This document shows positions 39,183 to 55,227 of a DNA stretch of 64,000 nt, piece after piece. Where the stretch lies: assembly GCF_000315625.1 (NCBI RefSeq), contig NW_005434611.1:193352-257351 (forward strand). Reading direction: 5' to 3'. The notes below the pieces were generated by a model. That model ran no database searches. It saw nothing but the letters and a program-made list of their open reading frames with translations, and was not told the origin of the DNA. The position numbers and the translations under genes were made by a program. This DNA comes from Guillardia theta CCMP2712. Lineage: Eukaryota > Protista > Cryptophyta. Position 1 is the stretch's first letter. Each line of letters begins with the position of its first letter.

Positions 39183-40679
39183 TAGGCTACTGCATGACTC
39201 TCACGTAGAATTTCACGGTCAATACACTGGGACAGTCTCTTGCCATTCAACCTTGTAGCCGCTTTTCGAAGTCCACTCAGTATCACGGTGACCTGATTGG
39301 GCCGCCGGCCCGGCCCGGGCCGGGCCGGGGACGGTCTCCTGCACTGCCGCACCCGGCGACTCACTGCCGGGCCCGGGGCTCACTGAATCAACTGGATCGG
39401 ACTGCCGCTGTGCCTGCAAATCGGTCTATGTCACGGATTGCGCTGGGTACTAGGGGTACTGATAAGGACTGAAGGGAGGGTACTCTTTTGTCCGGAGTAC
39501 GTAGAAGGGGTGGGGTCATATGGTACGGTGAGCCTTGGGTACTTCAATGAGGGGTTAAAAGAGTGGGAATAAGATGGTAGGGGTCACGAACGGATGGTGG
39601 AAAAGGTAGGGTAGGGTGGTCTCAACCTTTCGGAGGACTGGAGTGTTTTTTTGGGTCGTTTTTTAATTCTTTTGACTTTGGGGTGGGTGGTTGACTCATT
39701 AGTTGGAAAAGAAGGGGTGGGGGTACTAGTGACTGTTGACAGGGTGGGGTGCATGTCTTGAATTGTATCCATACCATGGATACAGTACATTAGAACTAAA
39801 AGCAAAATCAAATAGGGGGTGGGGTAGTGGATATTGTTAAAGTGGGGGTGGGGTTCTGAAAGAGATGTGGAGGGGGTAGGTTTTATAAGTTCAACCTTGA
39901 AGGTTTTTTTATGGACTTGGGGAGTTAACTGGGTAGGAAGAAGGGGGGGTAAGGGTGGTACGAAGACTCTATGGACGGGGTACTTTGGAGGTAAACAACA
40001 GGGGTATTTTTGTAAAAATTTCCAAATGGAGGGGTGTACATGAAAATGAAAGTGACCAAAACATGTTGACCGACGAGACGCGAGCCGATAATGCCATATG
40101 AAGGAGGGAGAGAAGGGAAGGCGGGAGGGAGGGAGGGAGGAGGGGGAGGAGAGAGAGGAGGGAGGAGAGAGAGGAGGGAGGAGAGAGAGGAGGGAGGAGA
40201 GAGAGGAGGAGAGAGGGGGAGAGAGAGGATAGGAGTGAAGAGAGAGGCTGGAGGTGAGGTGAACACAGCATAGCACGGTAGAGTTGAGCAGAGCAGAACA
40301 AGGTGGATGGAGAAATGGAGATGATGAACAGAGAGAAGTCAGAACAAACAGGAAGACATGCAATGAAAGGAGCAATGGATTGGCAGCAAGGCAGAAGAAG
40401 AAGGAAGAGAAACACTTGGACAGGTCCTCAGCGTACGACCTATGCTGGAAGGGCTGCCGTTGAAGTAGGTCACGAGGAGGATATTAGATAAGAGGGGAGG
40501 ACAAGCCTCAAATAACACTGTTTCTTGTCCCGACAAAATGTGACCGAGTGGCTTTTTGATCAGGGCTTTCCTTCCTCCCAGTCCATTCCATCTCGGTGCA
40601 CTACAGTAGGTGTTGATTGAAGTCAGACCCTGGGCTATCTCGAGAGCAGAACAGTCGCAGGAGTCTTCCGATTCTACTG

Positions 40680-41374
40680 ATGACCATCAACACTTTCTGG
40701 CAAGGTGGAAACCAGAACTCTCCCTCCTCTTCCATGTGGAAGGTCCCAAATGCGGAAAGCAGGGGGATCAGGTACATACAGGGAAGGCCGTACATGAGCG
40801 GGAAGCCAAATGCTGATCCCGACGCGGCTGCCCTGCGAAGACACTCTCTGAGCCCGTCTCCCTCCGTGGTCATGCCGCCCATCAGCCCTGAGTTCGGACA
40901 GAGGAGAGGCAGCCTGCTCTCGAGGTACGGCGTGCTCGGCAACAGCACACGGCCCAACACTGTGCCCGACCCGTTCAACCTGGAGACCTCCAAGAGGTCT
41001 CGCCGTCCCCTCTCGCGCCTGTCCCAGTATCCGCCGGGCAAGGTGAGGGGGAGTCAGCGTGTTACTGGCCTGTGCGCGCCGATGACGGGGGGGTGGCAGG
41101 AGCCAGGAGTGAGCATCCAGGAGCGGATCAGAGCTCGAGAACTCATGTCCAGCCCTCCTCCCAAGCCCGTGAACTGGATGATTGGAAGCGCCCAAGTCAT
41201 CGTCAAAGATGTGCAGGTTCCCTCTTGACCGCTTTCTCTTCGCTGCTCACTTCACCTGTGAAGAAACCTTCACAAGCCCCGAAAGAGAGCGAGTTTGTTC
41301 GGCTTGCCAGGGCAAGATCTCGAGGCAGCTTGTTCGAACGAAGCTTCGGCGGTAGCAAGCCTCTCGGAATCTAA
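40680..41374 (+). CDS. Three-exon hypothetical basic/Pro-Ser-rich protein
   Basis: MTINTFWQGG..YPPGK|EPGVSIQE..VIVKD|KPSQAPK..GI* with short GT-AG introns. Confidence 0.55.
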
Positions 41375-41547
41375 ACTGTGAAAGATCGCGACCAGTAGGG
41401 AGGGCAGGTTTGTGCACCGACAGTGACCACGAGGAGGAGATCTATATCAGGAGAGTACACGAGGTTGTTCATCGCTGCAGTTTTATCAACTCGTACGCTG
41501 TATGTTCCTCAACAATTTTGCAAAAGAGTGAAGGAGTCCTAAGTCGT

Positions 41548-44002
<2,455 letters not shown>

Positions 44003-45598
44003 CCTTGAGATCTATCAAGGCAATTCATTAGGACTTGAACACCGGCAGCGCAGGGGTCAACGGGACTCTTCAGTTCCTCTTTCATTCCCTACAATGATAC
44101 AAACTATGCTTGCATATCTGCAGCACTGCCTTTGTTCTCTCATGAAAACAATGGGAGGGGGGCACAACTGAATCCAAAGAAGCTAGATGACGAATGGGGG
44201 CGCATGAGAATCCAAATCTAAATAGAATGCACAAAACCTACTCGACAAGACTGTTTGAAAGCATCTCATTGCCACGGCATGAAGTATATGATTACAAATC
44301 AACAAGGGTGACAAATAAGTCGTTTTTACACTGGCGGAATACCGAATCACAACAACCAAGACTGTAAAGAAGCTGAGGAATAGCCCAAAGTGACAGGGCA
44401 TCAGAGCAATGCTCACGAATGCACCGAGACAAGCCGGTGGAGGATCCAGAGAAGTTAGAAATAGTTTCAAGAGATAGAGAAAGTAGAGAGAGTATACAAG
44501 CTTGTTCAAGGCAAGGCTTGACGGAAAAGCAACAAAAAAGTGAGGAATAACGTGGAAGGTGGGAGGAGACGTCAGAGGAAGGGAAGAGCAAGGGAGAAAG
44601 AGTGAAAACCATGGAGTGGATAGGATGGGGAGCAATCGATTTATCATTGGGGGAGGAGGATCAGGAGCAGGAGCAGGAGAGCAGGAGAGCAGGAGAGCAG
44701 GAGCAGGAGGTAGCGGCGGCATGTGGAGGCGGCGGAGATGTGGACATGTCAGGGGGTAGTCCTAGAGACAAGCACCAGGGTAGAAGATAGGGGGTAGGGG
44801 GTAGGGGGTTAGGCACACAGAATCCTTCAAATGGTAGGGTGGTCTTGCTCATATTTCATTTTGAATAAGGGGCTCCAAATCTGATTAAAATACTTGAATT
44901 TGAAATGTTTGATCTTACTATTCTTTGAAATTATCAATTTTTCACCTTGTTATATAAATTTTCTGTACTTATTGTGAAAAAAAATGTTAGCACGGAAAAA
45001 TTATATTCTCCCTTAGTACCCAACCACATCTCATACTTTCACAGAAGAAATCCTCTGGCTTGAGGGCTGCCTTTACCCCTCCTTTGTCCCGAGAAAGCAC
45101 CGGTGTCTGTGCCCCACCCCTACATTTAGTACCCCTACCCCCTAGTCTCCCAGTAGGAGTCGTAGAGGTACAACCAAAAAAAAAAGCCTTCGGCGGTGTA
45201 GGAATGTAACGGATTTTGAAACGAACTTGGTGTGCTTCAGTGCCCTGGGGTACGCCGGTGCCTCCCGGGCACTCAGGGCCGAGGCCCGCCGGAGGCTCCG
45301 CGAAGTTGATCATACTGCCACCCGCCGGGCCACCCGGCCCTGGGCAGGGCCGGGTGCCAAGGCTGCTGGGCTCCGATCAGGCTCAGTAGTGGCGGGGCCA
45401 CCGTGACCATCCGATCGGATCCGGGACGGCGCGGGCGCCCCGCCGGCCCGGCGGCAGCCCGGCTCGTCGGAGCGGCGGATGATTCAACGGTTCCGAAAGT
45501 AACCGTTCATTGTGATTGTGTGGCATTCATTATTTAGACTAGTCTACAGGCTCAAACAATAAAACTTGAAATGATCATGAAAGCGACCTGGCGGTGAC

Positions 45599-48053
45599 TC
45601 AGCCCGGCGCGTTGGCTAGACTACCGGTGAGCTCAGCCTCCTGCTCCTCGCCCTCCCCATGGAAGGTCGCGTCGTGCCAGTCCTGCTGCCCTCGGATCGT
45701 TTCCTACCAGACTCTCGTCAGCTCACTGCGAGGTCCTCAAATCAGGGCGGCTCACGTTAAAGTTTTCTGCCCTCAGGCTGCCGCTGTACTCGCTCTTGGG
45801 CCAGTCGCTAGGTACAGCAGATCTCTGAGGGAACATAGATTCTCCGTGGCAGACCTCCGGGGAAGTCAGAGCGGCGTGAGGTGGAGGACGGAGGAGGGTG
45901 ACGGGCGCTGAGCAGCAGTGCGAAGAGAGAGGGGGAGGAAGGAGCAGGCGGAGGAGAATGATGACTCACCATGTCCAGCCCCAGCAGCTCCTCGTCAATG
46001 GCTACACGCAGCCCGATGGTGTAGTCCACCAGCTGAAAACGTTTCTCGTCACATGAAACAAGAGGTGGAGGAGAGGAAGGACCTTGAGGAGGAGAAAGGA
46101 GATAGCGCAGGACCAAACTGCCGCTATGGCGATACCATAGAGCTGCAAGTAAATCTACGAAGTACCCGGATCAGAAAGGAATTCATCATGAATGAGAAGG
46201 AGGGAAACGGGAGACAGAGAAGAAGGGGGGATGAGCAGTGATGAGTACGTCATTAGAAAAGAGATGGAAGGGGAAAAGGGGATAGGACACGAGGGAAGAA
46301 TATACGAGAAAGAGGGTAGTCAGGATTTCAGGATGGGCGGAGAGGTACAGGAGGGAACCTGCTTGGGGTTGCCATAGAAAGCGCCATTGACAGGGGAGAG
46401 AATTTGGACATTCGCGTTGGCAAAGAAGCCTGTCAGGATGCCTCCCAAGAAACCTCCCGGGCCGTGGATGCCTGCCGCACCGTCAGCACGAGCTGCTGGC
46501 GTTCATGGGAAGGAGCACCGAAGGCGTCCAGAGCGTCGTCGTACCCGAAGCGACTTTTGAGCTGGAGAGGAAGCGTCAGGATTGCACAGAGCGCGAGAGA
46601 TCGAGCGATGCCTGGCACGAAAGGTAGCAGATGGGCCCGGCAAGGAGGCCGAAGATGAAAGCAGCTGTGTTGTCGACGAATCTGAGCATACAGCTTTCAA
46701 GATTCATCCCAAACACTCTTGCAAGCCCTCACCCTGCTCCTGGGGTGATGGCGACCAGCCCAGAGATCGCTCCACTAATGATCCCAAGGACGCTGGAGGG
46801 TGCTCAGCCTTTCAGGGGATGCAAAGGTCTCGTCTACCTCGGTCGCTTCCTTATCTTCCACTCCGTCAACATCCACGACAGAGAGCCCGTAGCCGCTGCA
46901 ATCTGCAACAACCAGCAAAGGTCACTCAAGAATGTCGGGAGGACCCTCCCTTGCCTGTGAGTTCAGGACGGCCATGGTCGCTTGCCCGTTGGCATACTCT
47001 GCTGAACCCCTGGAAGGAGAGATTAGGATCAATTGTGTTCAGAACAAGTCCGATCATTTCTCACCCGTTGAATCCGAACCAGCCAACCCACATCAGAGAT
47101 GCTCCGAGGACCGAGATGAGGATGTTGTGGGGCTGGAACTGATAAGGGTGAAAGTTCAGTCCATACCCATGAGAGCACGAGGCACAGGACTTGCTCCTCA
47201 CCTGCTCCCTGCCGTATCCCGTTCGCTTCCCCACAACGATTGACGACATGAGGCCAGAGCAGCCGGCTGATATGTGCACTACGTTGCCTCCAGCAAAGTC
47301 CAGGATACCGGCCTCGTGCAAGAACCCGTCGGTCATCCACATGGAGTGGGCGATCGGGCAGTATACAAGGATGTGCCAGAAGGCAATGAAGACCAGGGTA
47401 GGACCAAACCGCATCCTGTCAGCAAAAGAGCCGCTGATGAGCGCGGGGGTGATGATGGCAAAGGTTAGCTCGAACATGCAGAACAACGGCTCTGGAACTG
47501 TTGGCGATAGCGGATGACGGTGATTTCCGTACACGTTCTGCAACCAGAACTTTTTTGCTCCTCCGAAGACTGGCGATCCTGTGTCGAAGCACAAGCTGTA
47601 TCCAAACGCCGCCCACAGGATGGTGACGAGGCACGCGATGGAGAAGCTCTGCATAACTGTCGACAGCACGTTCTGTACACGAACGAGCCCTCCGTAGAAG
47701 AGAGCAACGCCAGGGATGGTCATCATCAGCACAAGACCCGAACTGATGAGCTTCCATGAGATATCTCCGTCGTTCGTAGGCCTCTTGATGATACTTTCAA
47801 TCGCAGTGATGTTCTTGACAATGCCACCTATGTTCCACGCTGCTATCTGCTGCTCGAGCGCTGTCACTCGGTTTGTCAGCTCTTCGTTCTGAGTAAGAGT
47901 CGTTAGAAGATGCTTCTGCATCTCCTCCATGCGCGCCATCCGAGCTTCCATCTTCTCCATCCGAAGCTTGCTGTTGGGACCTTGCCCGTCAGCGCACACC
48001 GACACGAGCACCATGGCAAGAAGCCCAAGGAGATGAAGAGAGCAGATCTTCAT
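45599..48053 (-). CDS. AMT: Ammonium transporter (AmtB/AMT2-type), multi-exon, with N-terminal signal peptide and coiled coil
   Basis: LVLMMTIPGVALFYGGLVR, FAIITPALISG, DFAGGNVVHISAG, WVGWFGFNG, GLVAITPGAG, DDALDAFG-IHG and GLDM..HGE. Both pore His residues are present. 3' end approximate. Confidence 0.95.
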
Positions 48054-49938
48054 GGTAAGACCTACAAGTCGAGAGCACTCGTTCTAAGAGGGAGAAGCAC
48101 AGGTTCGAACCCGATCAGGCATAAAGAGCATGCAGAGATCTCTTGCAAGGATATCTAAAGAGGTCCGAACTTTCATCGCACGCTCCTAGGGAGACGACCG
48201 CAAGAAATTTCCTATGGAGAACCACGGGCCAGCTTTGATGTATCGAGATTTCTGCACAAGAATTCTTTTCCTTGTCCGTCGATGTAGTCACAGGAACTTC
48301 TCCCGTCTCGCTCGGCCTGATCTGCTTTGAGAGCCTTGTTTTGAGAAGGAGAGCCAAGCTTATGACCCTGCTCCTCCTTCTCTTGCCTCCTCTCCTCTGT
48401 CCTCTCCTCTCTACTCTCCGTCGGCCACAGTTCTCACTCCCTCTTGCTCTCTCTCTCTCCGCTGCCGCTGTCAACGAGGACCGTGGCTAACACCGCTACA
48501 GGGCATGGGAGGTTAGAGCATCTTCGGCAAGTGGCACGTTGACCCACGGTAAACCCACCGGGATAAATTATACAAATTTATGAAATAAATTTATATAACA
48601 TTAGCATGATTTATATAAAAAATGATTATATTTCTCATAATTTGGAACTGAGTGAGATTTATGGGGGTCAACGAGGAGGTCTGGAGAGCCGCAAACTTGA
48701 GGCCCTTCTTTACTTCAAAAAGAAAACTTGCGGTGGGGAAAGTGATTAAAGGGGGGGGGGGGTGGGGTATATCAATAGTAGGGGTGGTTATCACTCTTGG
48801 TGGTATGGGGTGGATAGTCACCTTGGAAGGTACCATGAGAAAAGGTACTTAGACGGGGTCTTTTGTAGCAATAAATAGGGGTAGGAGGGTCCATACTTAA
48901 CTTCCTGGGTGTGGGTGGGTAGTGGCATACTATCGTTGGTCCGATGGGTGGGGGTGAAAGCTTTAAAGGGGTGGGGTCCTTCTGACTAGTGACACGCTAC
49001 CGGTCGTATCACCGGGTGGGTAGTTGTTAGCGAGTCCTGTACGGTACCCTACCCCATATCGGACATTTCTTAGTCATAGTAAAAGCAGGGGTACTGTATG
49101 AAAGGGTCAGTGCGGCATGGTACGTCAAGGTATTCTTGGACCAGGGGTCAGGGGTGGGTGCAGTACGTACGACAGACTAAGAGTAGTACCCCTAGTGGTG
49201 GCATATCAGAGGGGGGGTCACCCCGGTAGTGGTCTTCAGTGAGCGCGAGGCCCGTCTTAAGTCTGCCAGGCTCACTGCCGACGGCAGGCTGAGTCAGGCT
49301 GGCCGCAGCCCGGCCGGGCGGCCCCCCGCACTGAGCATGATGATCCGCCCGGGCCCGGGCCCTCGGCCGGGGCCGCGCTACCCGTAGTATAGTACCGCCC
49401 GCCGGGCTACACTGAGGCTGCCGCACTATGGGCCGATCGGGGGCCGAGCCCGGCGATCCGATTGCAGTGAACCGTCACCCGTCGAGTCACTGAGTATGCA
49501 GTGCCAGGCGGCTTCAGGCCCTTCAAGTGCCGCCACTCGGAGGGGGCACGGTCCGGGTCCGATCCGATGATCGCCGATCAGCACAGGCTCAGTGTGACCC
49601 GGTTTCCGAAGGCTAGTCCGTCAACTTGACTCCGGCGCTGACTTCGCCGCGGGCCGCCGAGCTCGGTGTCGCCGGTTGACAGTGAAACTTGAACTTCCGG
49701 AAGGGAGTTGATGTTCGGCCGGGCGGCGCGCCGGGCCCGCGGCCGGCCGGATGAGGTCACTGAGGGATTCATCGACTCATCAGCCTGGGCCTGGCACGGT
49801 ACCGGGGTGCTAGAAAACTACCAAAGCACCCCTCTAAATTACTCATGAATAGCTGGAATATCGGGGGTAGAGGTTATCACCCCCTGCCCCCAGGGGAGGT
49901 TCTATTTCGGCTGGGTCTATTTCCGGGGCTAGTCAAAG

Positions 49939-52215
49939 ATGGAGGAGGCGGTGCCTTTGGTTCGGCCCAGGATGAAGGAGGTGGAGAGGAGAAGAGGAGG
50001 AGGAGCAGTAGCAGCTCTAGCAGCAGCCTCTCTCCTCGTCCTCGTCGCTGTGGCCGTTCATGGAGGCTCATCGGGGTCCAGGGGGGTCAGGCGAGGAGTG
50101 CTGGCAGAGTCGCAGGCAGAGGACGCGTACAAGGAGTTGAAGAGAGTGTTGAAGGAGGACTCTCACAGTGGGCAGAAGCTCAGCATGCAGAAGCTTCAGG
50201 AAGCAGCAGCACCCGCTGCTGATGCGGCCGCTCCGGCTCCGGCTGATGCTGCAGCTGCCCCGGCTGCTGCCCCAACCCCAGAGGCAGCTGCACCTGCTAA
50301 AGACGGTGAGCTCAGTCACCGTGTTCCATCATGGCATGCTCGTCTCTTGCGGTTGGGAGTGCGAAGGGGGTTCCTTGAACTTGTCTGACTTGTCCTCTGC
50401 TCATGGCTGTTGATGTGCTCGGGGCTAGTTTGATGGCGTCTTGACCTCACTGCAGAGTCGCCCATCATGGATCCTGAGGAGGCGAAGAAGAAGGCGGCAG
50501 AGATGGCGAACAAGGCAGGAGATGCCTTGAACAAGGCTGAACACGACCTCATGGATGCTGTCGACGACGTTCTTCCTGGCGGAGACCTGCTCTCAGCGCT
50601 CGGATGGCACCTTGACCTTTGCGTCTACCTCATCACCATGTATGCCATCTACTACATCTGGTGAGTTCCACGGCTACGGAGTCGTTGTCTTGTGATCCCG
50701 CTCATCGCTGTCTCCCCGCAGGAAGTGCGAGATCTGGCAGAAGTTCCTTCCTAAGTTCAAGTGATGAGCTCCACCGAAATCCTGCATGACCGTTGGCGCT
50801 AAAATTTCCGCCAGGTGGGACGAGGATTCTTCTGCTGCCAATGACAAGAATATCAAGCTGAACCAGAAGGTGGCAGCACGCTCCTCTCCTTCCTCCCTCT
50901 TTCCTCCTATCCTCCCTCCCTCGCACCTCCTCTCCTTCCCTCACACTTCCGTCTTGCAGCACTCCAAGATCGGGACTTGGTCTGACAATCCTCATGACAA
51001 CCTTCCCAACGACCAAGATCTGCTCTGGTTCAGGACGGCTCATGGAGAGGAGCTGTACTGGAGTGAGGTGAAGGCTGCGATCTCTGTATTGTCCTCCTCT
51101 TATTCTTATGACGGCGACGCAGAGCAAGAGAGTTCTCCCCGGATTCATCGACACGCTCATGTGTGGTTGCGGCGGCAACGTGTACGCTCTGGCGGTCACC
51201 AGCAAGCGTATTGTCATCCAGAACGACAAGAGGTGATGAGGCAGAGGAGGAAGAGTAAGGAAAGAAGTTGACGTGTGTGCAGGTGCTTGTTCGGATCGAC
51301 TGTGCTCACAACCAACGAAGAGTCGATCTTCCATGAGCATGTTCACAAGGCCTCCCTGCACACTGACGGTGATCTCCTTCACTTCCCTCCCCTTCCCCAC
51401 GTCGCCCTCTTTGTTCCCGTTGCTCTTCCTCCTCCTTCTCCCTCCCAGCTCGCAACCTCCTCTGTTACTCACACATTTTCTCACTCACGTCTTTCCCGCA
51501 GGATCTCTCAACCTTGGTATCTGTACCCTCCACTCGTCCGAGATGCTGTCTGGTGCGTGGGACTGCACGGCAGGAGCGGGGAGCTGAGACAGGTGCTTGC
51601 AGGAGGCTTCAACTGGATCTTCCTCGGGTTCTTCGTTGACATCGTCTTGGAATGGAAACCGTCCCTTCTCAAGTTCATCACCGACGATCGTCTCGTCGGG
51701 TGGATCAACATGGTCCCCAATGACGTTATCTACATGGTTCGTGCGTACCCGATGCCTCCTAGCCGTCTCCTACTTCTCCTCCACCATAGCATCTTCATCT
51801 CTATAGTCATCATCAACATCATGAGGATCATTATGATCAACAACAACTCCATCATCGTCTTCTTCCGTCTGACCTGACGATCCATCTCCCCTTGCTGCTT
51901 CTGACTGTCTCTTGGCAGGTCTCTTCCATCATGGTGCTCTTCGGCGCCTTCCTCTTCGTCGCGCTGCTCTGGTTCCTCCTCGTCCCTCAGTCCGTCCTCG
52001 AGGTCGAGTACGTCAAGCAGGCAGGCGTGAAGACCTACACCAAGAAGTTCGAACTTCCTGTGAGTCCAACCCCTCAGTGCCTCCCCCTCCTCCTCCTCCC
52101 GATGCCACCCTCGCCTTTTCCTCGACCCTCCTCCACTGTGCTGACTGAGCCGCAGGTGCGCGAGGCTTATCTCATGCACGATCACATCATGAGGGGAATC
52201 TGTGAGAGGGTGTGA
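49939..52215 (+). CDS. Multi-exon membrane protein with Ala/Pro linker and a bacterial-PH-like segment
   Basis: Exons join in phase, including a short intron starting at 50761 (..KFK|WDED..). N-terminal TM; VYALAVTSKRIVIQ..LFG motif; further TMs at FNWIFLGFFVDIVL and IMVLFGAFLFVALLWFLL. Confidence 0.6.
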
Positions 52216-52557
52216 ACAACGGGAAGTATCTTTATCTTTACATTACAACATGATCTAAACAATAAAACGAGTCGTCATGATCGCCTCCCTTGTGCTGTGA
52301 GGCCTCTTTTTCCTCCTCCTCCTCCTCCTCCTCCTCCTCCTCAGCCCGCACGCGTCTTCCATCTCATGATCTCTCTATTCCATCCTCTCACATCATCTTC
52401 ACGTGTGGTTAAAATTTGGTCCATTCTTTCCCCTACATTTCTCTTATCTGTGTCTCACCCCTGACCTCTTTGCCCTGATTCTTTCCTCCACTCCGCCCTC
52501 CCTCCGTCCCTCCCTCCCTCATTTTTCAGCTCCCGCCCCTCCTCTGCCCTCCTCTTC

Positions 52558-53018
52558 TCATCCTTCGCCCGCCATGTAGATGCCGCTGTTGCTGCTCGAT
52601 CGGAGGTTTCCAAGCTGGTCAATCTTGATCACGACGAAGATGGTGTTGTCTACCAGGCCTCTCCGCTGAGAGAAAAGGGTAAGAACTGGTGAGGAAGAGA
52701 GACAGAAAGGAGCGAGGGGAGGAGAGGGTAGGAGCAGAGGAGAGCAGGAGAGCAGAGCAGGAGAGGCGGAAGAAGGAAAGGTGGCGAGAGGCAGAGACAA
52801 GAAGACGAGAACGAGGAGGAGAGGAGGACAAGGAGTAGGGGAGGAAGAGGGCCTAACCTTGAGGAGGGCCATAAGCTCGTTCGCGATGACTTGCGCGTCT
52901 TTCTGGCGATGGAGGGAGAAGAAATTATAGAAGATGCTGTGCATGTCCCCCGACATAGAGGAAGTTTCCTGCGCGCAAGAGAGGAAAGTCAAGGTGGCTG
53001 AGTGGTTGGAGGAGAAAG

Positions 53019-53102
<84 letters not shown>

Positions 53103-53780
53103 GAGGAGGAGGAGGAGGAGGAGGAGGAGGAGGAGGAGGAGGAGGAGGGAGGAGGGAGGAGGGAAGGGGGGTNNNNNNNNNNNNNNNNNNNNNNNNNNNN
53201 NNNNNNNNNNNNNNNNNNNNNNNNNNNNNNNNNNNNNNNNNNNNNNNNNNNNNNNNNNNNNNNNNNNNNNNNCCCCTCTCTCTTCACCGATCTTCGATCT
53301 ACTTGCCTATGACATACAATGGAGAGAGAGAGAGCGGGAGGGGAAGGGAGGGGCAGGCAAGAGGAATAAGGGGACCAATAGGAGGAAGCCACGAAAGGAA
53401 GTGGAGGGGAAAGAAAGGAAGGAAGAGGTTTTCACCGAACGAAGTTGAACGGTTCCATGACCATCGCAGATAACGATGAGGGGAGATGTTCCCAGGATGG
53501 GATGAACCATCCCAAAGTCTTGCTGAATCAGTCTGGGCCCTCTATCCAGCATCACCTGTACAAGTTTTACCTTCTCTGCATGCTCCTCCCTCCTCCTCTC
53601 CCCTCCTCTCTCTTCCCCTCCTCGTCCTCGCCCTCGCCCTCATCTCCAAGTCTTCTCCTTTCCCGTCCTTCTATGTTTCAAAGATTCTCACATTGCTGAT
53701 GCTCGTCACCAAAGACTTGTTGTCTTTCAGCTGATTGAGTTGCTGAAACATCGATGTCAGCATTGGTACAAGAAAGCATG

Positions 53781-53827
<47 letters not shown>

Positions 53828-54311
53828 TCCGTTTCCTTCTCTCACGTCGTCATTGTGGTCATTATCATCGTTATCATCTCCATCATCGTCGTCGTCATCG
53901 ACATCGTCATCAATGCAACTTTCATCATTCTAATCCTCGTCTTCCTGGTCCTTCTCATCAACTCCATACCTTCAATCTGTCGGCTGACGGGATCGAGCAA
54001 TCGGGGAGATGTTTGCACTGTGCCGGTGACTTGCAGATGCTGCCCTCACCCCACGAGGTCATGGGAACATCGTCTGACACACTGACAGCAACTCAAAGTT
54101 AGAAGGAAGCAGAAGAGAATACGAAGAAAGAGTGAGATTGAGATGGCAACATGTGTTGAACAGATGGGAGGAATTGTGAGGGAGGTGAATCAAAGTGAAG
54201 ATGCAGGAGCAGCGGACTATAGCGCAACATCATCGTCACACAAACAAAAGACTACAACGAAACAAAGCCAACACTCTTCAAACACAGCCATTCTCCTCCT
54301 CCTCCTCCTCG

Positions 54312-54343
<32 letters not shown>

Positions 54344-55153
54344 GTCATCGTCATTGTCATCATCGCCATCGTCATCATCTCACCAATCCATGATCGTGTC
54401 CACCTTCTCCTCATGAGGAGCAGAGGGCTTCTGCTGCTCCATCTCTCTCGTCTTCGACGTCGCCTCCTTCTCATCCTTTCTCTCATCCCGCCCTACAGCC
54501 TCTGCATTGAGATGTTGATCCTGGACAGACACCATCGCCTCCTCTAGTCTCTTCAACGTCGTGTGCCACGTTAGAAGTCCCTCCTGCTCCGACTTTGGCG
54601 ACAAGGTTATTGGCGCTGCTCGCTGCTCGGCTGGAGAGCCAGCCTGTAAACACGCATGAATAGAAGGGAGGAGAAGGCGGAGGACGCCGGTGGGTACCAA
54701 GAAGAGGGGAGGAGAGGGAGGCGGGGAGCGAAGAAGAGCAAGGAAGGGATGATGATGGTAGTGGCCGATTAGGGAGGAAGGGAGGAGGCACAAGGCACAA
54801 GAGCCAAGGGAAAGGTGAGGAAGGGCACGAGAGAGGTAGTCACGAGGAGCAGAGAAGGGGAGAGAGGAGTTGTGGAGGAGGAGGAGCAAGGAGGGCAAGG
54901 GGTCTAACCTTGCTGCCATTGTGCGCTGGCGCTGGTGGCAGCGAAGGCGCCTGAGGGGAGGCAGCGGTAGGACTTTCCTTCAGGTACTTGGCCAGTTGAG
55001 GTAGGTTCGGTTTCTGCGGGGAGGCTTCTTGCGCGACGTTAGGGGGCATGGTGGGGTTTGCGACCAACAAGGCTCGATTGTTGCTGCCGTTGCTGCTGTT
55101 GTTACTGTTGTTAATGCTGATGTTTGGGTTGCTGTTGTTGCTGCTGTTTGTGT

Positions 55154-55194
<41 letters not shown>

Positions 55195-55195
55195 T

Positions 55196-55227
<32 letters not shown>

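Noticed and set aside
48070-48115. tRNA or SINE suggested by GGTTCGAACCC (also GGTTCGATCC on the minus strand near 19325)
   Set aside because: T-stem and acceptor stem do not pair; no cloverleaf.
50761-50815. Two genes only 21 nt apart (operon-like)
   Set aside because: A short GT-AG intron removes the stop and joins both parts in frame.
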